From the NCBI GenBank assembly GCA_022565615.1, contig JAIUMM010000005.1, forward strand, positions 1 to 62,266: a DNA stretch of 62,266 nt. Direction: 5' to 3'. The DNA is from Nanobdellota archaeon (GTDB lineage: Archaea; Nanobdellota; Nanobdellia; Woesearchaeales; UBA583). Both the position numbers and the translations under genes were made by a program. The notes beneath the pieces were generated by a model, which worked only from the letters and a program-made list of their open reading frames with translations, searched no databases and was not told where the DNA came from. This document shows positions 55,643-62,266 of this stretch, piece after piece. Every line of letters begins with the position of its first letter. The stretch's first letter is position 1.

Positions 55643-58600
55643 ATGATTTTAAATTTTAATAATAATAAATTGATTAGTGGATTTTTAGTATTAATTATTT
55701 TAATTATTAGCTCTATTTCTGCTATTCAATACTTATCTTCTAATTCAATTTTTGATGTTACAATTTTACAAATTAATGATAGTTTAATTCCATATTCTAT
55801 TGAACTTGAACTTAAGAATAAAATTCTTGAAGAACTAGAATTTAATATTGAAATTTACTCATTAGATAATTCAATTTTGGTTTATGAGGATATTATAATA
55901 TGTAGTGATAGTTGTACTTTTACTTTGAATTTTTCAAAGGTTTTTTTTGATAAACATGAAATTTTAATTTCAACTATATATAATCAAGAACTTTTTGAGC
56001 AAAGAATCTCTTTTGAATTTGAACAAAGAAAATCTAATTCTAAAATTGTAATGAGAAATGCTTTTTTAGTATCATCAAGAGAGAATACAAATATTACAGG
56101 TTTGCTGGAATTAGAGAGTGTTTCAAATGCTTTTATTGAAATATTTCCAAAAGATTTTGAGCATTTAAAAGAGCAGTACACTATTTCTTGTAATTCTTTA
56201 AATTGTGAATTTAATTTTCCTTTGAACAATATAGTCGTATTGGGAGAATATACTATTCGTGCTTTTTTAGAAACTGACTATATTGAAAATAATTTTAGAA
56301 TTTATTCACAATCTCAAGGCACAGTATCAACTAATTTAGATAATGATTCAAATTTGAATAATAAAACTTCACAAATATATGTGGGAGATGATATTGAGAA
56401 AGTCACAATTTTAGATGCGTTTGGTAATTTAAGAGAAGTTGAAGTAATTAATGGTTCTTTTGATTCAATTGGAATTACTTCATTTTCAAAAGAAGATTTT
56501 AAACAAAGACCTTCTATTTCAACAACTACACGAATTCAATCAATTGACTCAATAATTGAAATGTTGAATGAAAATATGTCTTATGATAGAGTTGTTACTT
56601 CATATAATTTTGAAGAGAGTTTTGAGAATATTGAATTTTTACAACGTCAAGTTGAAATTAAAAAAAGTCAATCTTTTGAGGAATATATGAATGAATCTTC
56701 AAGATTATCTAGAAATGAACAGATTGTTTATGAAGAGGAGAATTTATACTTTGCAAGAGGAAGAGGAGTAGTTGATTTAGAAAAAATTGATTTTAGTTCA
56801 AACAAATTAATTCCAGGGATTTATAAAAAAGAGAGAATTGTTAGATTTGAAGATGGAAGAGAAGAAATTTTTGAAAAATTTTTTGCATATGGATTAGTTT
56901 CAATTAATACTTTAAAACCTTTATACTATAATGATGAAGTAGCAGAAGTACTAATTGTAGTACTTGATAGATGGGGTTATTTAGTTGAAGATGCAAATAT
57001 TACGCTTCAAGTAATAACTCCTCAAAATAATTCTATTTTACTTAAAACAGAAAATCTAGATATTTTACCTACTCAAGATATGGGTGTGTATTCAACTGCT
57101 TTTGAATTAAACGAAGTTGGAGAATATATAATGAATGTAGTGACTCAAGTTGATGGGTTTGAATTAGAAATGCAGACTTTTGTGAATGCAGTTGAGAGCT
57201 ACGAATTTGATATTATTAGAACAGTTCCTGCAACTATTGATCCATGGGAAGGGCCTTTTAGAAATGAGTTCACAATTACACCTAAAAATGGATACTCAGG
57301 TTTATACTCATTAACTGAGCAGTTTTCATCAGATTTTGAAATAATTGATACTAATGCAGATGAAATTGAGACAATTGGTTCAACTACTTATTTGACTTGG
57401 AATAACTTATTTCTAGAATCACAAGTATTTTATGAAGCTCAAACTCCTCTTGTAACTCCATATTTATATTTTTTAGGAAATGCTTTTATTACATATAATG
57501 AAGGTTTTGAAACATTCTATGAAAATAGAAGTTGGCAATTTGCAATTGACCCTGCTGCAAGAGTGTGTGGAGCTCAAAGCCCTTGTATTTGTGGAGCTGC
57601 ATGTTCGGGTGGAAATGAACCAGGTTCAGGAACTATTGATGCTTGTAGTGATGGAAATACTGACTATGAATGGACTAATGATATTCGTGTAACAGCACTT
57701 GATGCTCCATTTTTTGGAGTGGGAGATCAAATTGAAATTTGTGTGGATTTTAATTGTGATATTGGTTTTGGAGGAGATAGGGCTTTAATTAGTTATAAAG
57801 ATGGATCAAGAGGTTGGTTAAATGGAGATGTTATTTTTGCAACAGCTGGTACTACAGGGCAAGCAGGTGCATGTGTTGGTCTTCAAACATATTGTGTTAC
57901 AAGAACATTAAATTCATTTGTAGGTGTACATCATGTAAGAGGTAGTACAGTATATCAAGGAAGAGCAGATAGAGTTTGTGAGACAACAGGAAGAACTTGG
58001 AGAGATCATGATGATGTTGAATTTGTTGTATTAGATAAAATTACACCTTCAGTTATTTCTTGGAATTTGGATAATGGTACTAATGTTGGAAATAATTTAC
58101 AAGTAATTAGAGGAAATTTAATTAATTCTACAACTCTTTGGAATATTGAACTTCAAGGAGGGGATATTAGACATAACTCAATTGGATCATTTACTAATTA
58201 TAATGTAAATTCGTTTGCAAATAATAGAACAAATTATACATTTGATACAAGTGATATTTCTTTATTTCCTCAAAGAGGAGTAGTTGAGATTCAAAGAGTA
58301 AGAGCTAATGATTTTTTTTTTAATTTACAAGGGACTTCGTCAGGTACAAGACAGTTTACAATTATAGGACTTGCGGAAGTAAATCAAAGTAGTTTAGTTC
58401 CAAATGTTGGATTTGAGCCTTTACAAACGACTAAAAGTTGTCAAATAATTGATTCAGTTATTAACTCAGTTGCATATCAAGGAGTTGATGTTGATTTTTA
58501 TATAAATTCTTCATTTTTAGGAACAAATTCCACAAACTCTCAAGGTTGGGCAGAGTTTACATTTACTCAACCAATTATTGGAGATTTTGAAGTAGAGTGT

Positions 58601-61600
58601 AGAGTTGAAGATCAATTAAGTAATTTTATTCTATCAACTGATCAATCAAGTGCAGTAACTGAATTATTTGTAAGAGAAGATGGAGCTGATATTAATCCTC
58701 CTATAATTGATAATATTACAATTAGTGAAACTTTATTTTCAACAGGTGGTGCTACAATAATTAGTACTGATGTTACAGATGACATTTTAGTTGATAATGT
58801 TAGATTATTTGTAAGATATCCAAATTTAACTCAAGTTAGTTTTCCTATGACTCTAATTTCAGAAAACACATATTCTTTTACATTTACACAAACTCAACAA
58901 GTAGGAAATTATAGATATTTTATTAGAGCTGAGGACAATTCTTCAAATCCTACTTTATCTTCTACAAGAAATTTTCAAGTAGTTGGTACTAATGCTATTA
59001 TTGGAGTTGAATTAAATAATACGGTATTTAAACTTGGAGATGATTTGGAATTAAATCCTTTTGTAAAAACTCAACAAGTTGATTCTTCAGTATTTACAGA
59101 AGATGGAGATAGTGGTTTTATATTTTATTCTTTTGATAGTAGTTTTGAAGGATGGTTTTCAGGAGGTACAGGAAACCAGTGGCAAAGAGGAGTTCCAAGT
59201 GGTGCTTTTACAAATAGATGTGATGTTGGAAGTTGTCTTGCAACTAATTTAGCTGGAAATTACAATTCTAATACTAATCAATGGGTTAGAAGTCCAACTT
59301 TAAATTTATCAGGAAGGAGCAATTTACAAGTGAGATATTGGAGAATGGTTCAAGTTGAAAATGGGGTAACTACAGATAGAGTATTTTTTGAAGGTTCTAA
59401 TAATAATGGTGGAAGTTGGAATATTTATTTTCAAGACGCACTTGGAACTGGGACTTATACACTTGGTGCTGGAACTACTACAGTTTTTCCAACTGAACTT
59501 GAAGAGAGTGAAGAAGCAACATTTAGATTTAGACTGACTTCTAATGGAGCAACAAATTTTAATGGGTGGGCAGTAGATTCTGTTAATATTTCATTTACTC
59601 CAAGAGTAAATTGGAATAAAGATTGGAATGTCTTTGATAGTATGTTTGGAGAGGATGATATTAGTAAACTTACTTCAATTAAAGTTGGTGTAAATATTAC
59701 AAATTATGTATCAATAGGTTCTGATAGTGCAGGTTCATTGAGTCCAGATTTAGAGATTCAAATATTTAATGGAATTGAATATTCTAATAGTTACTTTTGT
59801 AACTTAGACTCTTCTTTATCATATCCTTTTAATTGTGAAATTACAATCTCTCAAGATGAGCAGTTTTTAGAGTCTTGGAAGAGTCAAGCAAATAGAAGTG
59901 TGAGAATTAGAGCTATTAATTTAGATAATTCAGATAGCATTGAGTTTAGAGATGTCACAAGAGAATTAGTTCAACCTTCAATTGTTGAGAATTTAGGAAT
60001 TGTCCCAATTACAGCTTTTATTTTACAAGAAATTAGATTTATTAATGGAACAACATCACAAACGTTAAGTTTTGAACCCATTACAATTGCTCCAAGAGAA
60101 GCTAGACAACTTAGTGATTTTTGGACATTTAATATTGCAGGAGATTTTCAATTAGAAGAATATGATGCATATGTTGCTGTAGTTGATAGTAATAGAAATG
60201 TATTATTTAATGAAGATGGAACTCCTATTAATGACTCATTTAGATTTGAAGTTAATTCATTGATTATTAATTTGTTAAGTCCACTTAGAAATTCTATTCA
60301 AGATGAGAGTTTTAGAATTAATATATCTCTTGATACGAGTTCAATTGGTTTTGGAGGAACATGTTTGTACTCATTAAACTCAAATCCTAATATTACAATG
60401 TCAAATCCAAGTACTAATTATTTAGAGTCTTTTATTGTTAATCAAGAAGATGGTGAGCAACAATTAATTATTTATTGTAATGATACAGATGGTGATTTTG
60501 TAAATACAGGAATTATTAATTTTAATGTTTCACAACCTCCAAGAGTTGATTTTATAGCTCCAACACTTCCAACAAGTTCTGTTGTAACAAATTCTTGGCA
60601 TGAAATTAATGTAACAGTAGAAGATTCATCTTTAAGAGAGTTGAGCATAGAGTTTTCTGATATAAATTATACTTTATTAGATAATTCTTTAGTTTTAAAT
60701 ATGGGAGCAAATAATCTTGTAAGTTTAGGAGAAAATTCAACATTTATTTATGATTCTTCTTCTTTTAAAAATCATGGAGTTTTTAGAGGAGATGCAATTT
60801 TTTCTTCATTTGGTAGAAATGGAGGTTCATTTCAATTTGATGGAACTGATGATTGGGTTGAAATTGAAGATGATGAAAGTTTGGATTCTACAAGTGAATT
60901 TACTTTTGAAGCTTGGATTTATGATTCTTCAACAGATACACAACCAAGAGGAATTGCATCAAAAAGAGTAAGTCAAAATTCTCCTATTTACTCTTGGGCA
61001 ATTTTTAGGTGGAATTCTAGAGAAATATATTTTGATGTTGGAAGTGGAGATAGAGATAGTTCAGTAGGATATAGTTTGCCTTCTGAGGAATGGGTTCATT
61101 TAGTTATTACTTTTGATGGAAATATTCCAAGTGAGGAGCGGAAAAAATTTTATATTAATGGAGAATTAATTTCAATTCAACCATCTAGTCAAACTCAAAT
61201 TTCAAGAAGAGAGGGAGTTCCATTAACAATTGGAACTTTAAACCCTAATTATGGAAATTCTTGGAATGGTTTTATTGATGAAGTTAAGATATATAGTAGA
61301 GTGTTAGATGAAGAAGAAATAAGACTTAGATATAATACAAATGTAGTACAGACAACATTAAGTGATTGGTATGGTTTTGTTAATATAACTATGCTTACAA
61401 ATAACATATATGATTATAGAGCTTGTGCTTTAGATAGTATAAATAACCAAAATTGTACTGATATGAGAACTATTACAATTGATAGGGAACTTGCTTCAAT
61501 TCAGATTAATTCTCCTTATAATTTGAAACAATTATCAAATATTGATGTTTTAACAAACATTTCAACTTCAATTCCAGTTGATTTAGTTCAAGTAGAATTT

Positions 61601-62266
61601 AATTCAAATGGAACTAGATTTAATTTAACTGATATTTTAAGTGGTACTCAATTTAATAGAATATTCACAAATTTACAATCTTTAATTGAATATAATTTAA
61701 CATTTTATGCATATGATGATGTTGGAAATGAAGTTACAAATTCAACATTACTTAGGTTAGTTCCAAGACTAGGGGCAAGTATTCAAAAAAGAATTGAAAG
61801 TTTTGGAAATAATGAGTATCAAACAACTATTTTGTTAAATAATACTAATATTGATGAAGAGCTAAATATTAGAGTATTTGAAGTTTTAAATGCAAATTTA
61901 GTTCCGTTATTATTTATACCGGCTCCTTTAAACTCAACATTCACATCTGGTTCTTTAATTTTTAATTCAAACATATATTTATTTAATACTACAATTCTTA
62001 CGGGTATGGATTCTTCAACAACTATTATAAATATGTTTAGGTTTAATAATTCAGAGGCATTATTTAGAAATCAATTTTTAGTAGGATTTGGAGGTAATTT
62101 AATACAGATTAATGGTTCAGTTTCAAATATTACAACTGGGAGTGGAGGCAGTTCTTCTCCTTATTCTTGTGAACCTGGAGAGTGTACTTCAAATTATGCA
62201 CTTGCACCAGGATTAGAAAGTTCTTGGATGCAGTGGCCTTTACTAGAAATAGGTTCTAGTTCTACA
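55643..62266 (+). CDS. Giant surface or adhesin-like protein, 5' part only (at least 2208 codons, runs off the window); not in the ORF track
   Basis: ATG at 55643 with signal peptide MILNFNNNKLISGFLVLIILIISSISA. The frame is the same at 57542 and at the window end, and no stop was seen where spot-checked. Cys-rich block near 57565-57650, MAM/immune-inhibitor-A-like beta-sandwich near 59130-59600, LamG jellyroll near 60740-61330 (FDGTDDWV, FTFEAWI, WVHLVITFDG, FYING, GFIDEVKIYSRVL). Confidence 0.85.
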   Translation, partial: MILNFNNNKLISGFLVLIILIISSISAIQYLSSNSIFDVTILQINDSLIPYSIELELKNKILEELEFNIEIYSLDNSILVYEDIIICSDSCTFTLNFSKVFFDKHEILISTIYNQELFEQRISFEFEQRKSNSKIVMRNAFLVSSRENTNITGLLELESVSNAFIEIFPKDFEHLKEQYTISCNSLNCEFNFPLNNIVVLGEYTIRAFLETDYIENNFRIYSQSQGTVSTNLDNDSNLNNKTSQIYVGDDIEKVTILDAFGNLREVEVINGSFDSIGITSFSKEDFKQRPSISTTTRIQSIDSIIEMLNENMSYDRVVTSYNFEESFENIEFLQRQVEIKKSQSFEEYMNESSRLSRNEQIVYEEENLYFARGRGVVDLEKIDFSSNKLIPGIYKKERIVRFEDGREEIFEKFFAYGLVSINTLKPLYYNDEVAEVLIVVLDRWGYLVEDANITLQVITPQNNSILLKTENLDILPTQDMGVYSTAFELNEVGEYIMNVVTQVDGFELEMQTFVNAVESYEFDIIRTVPATIDPWEGPFRNEFTITPKNGYSGLYSLTEQFSSDFEIIDTNADEIETIGSTTYLTWNNLFLESQVFYEAQTPLVTPYLYFLGNAFITYNEGFETFYENRSWQFAIDPAARVCGAQSPCICGAACSGGNEPGSGTIDACSDGNTDYEWTNDIRVTALDAPFFGVGDQIEICVDFNCDIGFGGDRALISYKDGSRGWLNGDVIFATAGTTGQAGACVGLQTYCVTRTLNSFVGVHHVRGSTVYQGRADRVCETTGRTWRDHDDVEFVVLDKITPSVISWNLDNGTNVGNNLQVIRGNLINSTTLWNIELQGGDIRHNSIGSFTNYNVNSFANNRTNYTFDTSDISLFPQRGVVEIQRVRANDFFFNLQGTSSGTRQFTIIGLAEVNQSSLVPNVGFEPLQTTKSCQIIDSVINSVAYQGVDVDFYINSSFLGTNSTNSQGWAEFTFTQPIIGDFEVECRVEDQLSNFILSTDQSSAVTELFVREDGADINPPIIDNITISETLFSTGGATIISTDVTDDILVDNVRLFVRYPNLTQVSFPMTLISENTYSFTFTQTQQVGNYRYFIRAEDNSSNPTLSSTRNFQVVGTNAIIGVELNNTVFKLGDDLELNPFVKTQQVDSSVFTEDGDSGFIFYSFDSSFEGWFSGGTGNQWQRGVPSGAFTNRCDVGSCLATNLAGNYNSNTNQWVRSPTLNLSGRSNLQVRYWRMVQVENGVTTDRVFFEGSNNNGGSWNIYFQDALGTGTYTLGAGTTTVFPTELEESEEATFRFRLTSNGATNFNGWAVDSVNISFTPRVNWNKDWNVFDSMFGEDDISKLTSIKVGVNITNYVSIGSDSAGSLSPDLEIQIFNGIEYSNSYFCNLDSSLSYPFNCEITISQDEQFLESWKSQANRSVRIRAINLDNSDSIEFRDVTRELVQPSIVENLGIVPITAFILQEIRFINGTTSQTLSFEPITIAPREARQLSDFWTFNIAGDFQLEEYDAYVAVVDSNRNVLFNEDGTPINDSFRFEVNSLIINLLSPLRNSIQDESFRINISLDTSSIGFGGTCLYSLNSNPNITMSNPSTNYLESFIVNQEDGEQQLIIYCNDTDGDFVNTGIINFNVSQPPRVDFIAPTLPTSSVVTNSWHEINVTVEDSSLRELSIEFSDINYTLLDNSLVLNMGANNLVSLGENSTFIYDSSSFKNHGVFRGDAIFSSFGRNGGSFQFDGTDDWVEIEDDESLDSTSEFTFEAWIYDSSTDTQPRGIASKRVSQNSPIYSWAIFRWNSREIYFDVGSGDRDSSVGYSLPSEEWVHLVITFDGNIPSEERKKFYINGELISIQPSSQTQISRREGVPLTIGTLNPNYGNSWNGFIDEVKIYSRVLDEEEIRLRYNTNVVQTTLSDWYGFVNITMLTNNIYDYRACALDSINNQNCTDMRTITIDRELASIQINSPYNLKQLSNIDVLTNISTSIPVDLVQVEFNSNGTRFNLTDILSGTQFNRIFTNLQSLIEYNLTFYAYDDVGNEVTNSTLLRLVPRLGASIQKRIESFGNNEYQTTILLNNTNIDEELNIRVFEVLNANLVPLLFIPAPLNSTFTSGSLIFNSNIYLFNTTILTGMDSSTTIINMFRFNNSEALFRNQFLVGFGGNLIQINGSVSNITTGSGGSSSPYSCEPGECTSNYALAPGLESSWMQWPLLEIGSSST

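Noticed and set aside
55984-60971. Short ORFs 55984..56229, 57480..57692 and 60750..60971
   Set aside because: Alternative-frame or antisense shadows inside the giant ORF starting at 55643.

Overview
A strongly AT-rich window from a small-genome archaeon, most likely a DPANN (Woesearchaeales-like) lineage. The assignment is an inference from the archaeal-type TrpRS, RFC small subunit, DRG GTPase, Elp3, Rad50, FlaK-like prepilin peptidase, CCA-less tRNAs, and TTTATAAA/TTTAAATA boxes 21-23 nt upstream of start codons. It holds about 50 genes: housekeeping and tRNA-modification genes, Mg2+ transport genes, two phosphohexomutases, a redox-stress module and many secreted or surface proteins. It also has two tRNA-Ser genes, an IS481-type transposase pseudogene, and a >2200-codon surface-protein ORF that runs off the right edge. 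The last two are absent from the supplied ORF track. Best leads: (1) a protein with the four-HE-motif architecture of eukaryotic deoxyhypusine hydroxylase; (2) a stand-alone YcaO beside a lysozyme-like (SLT) gene, a Tat-type trypsin-like lipoprotein and an ORF with a microcin-B17-like Gly/Ser/Cys tail; (3) duplicated gene 3' ends: a 117-bp unit behind both tRNA-Ser genes, and a synonymously recoded copy of the DRG GTPase C-terminus set among 49-bp repeats; (4) tandem small secreted paralogues with conserved ends and divergent cores. No CRISPR array, rRNA or integrase was seen. All homology calls come from motif recognition by eye; no database search was run.
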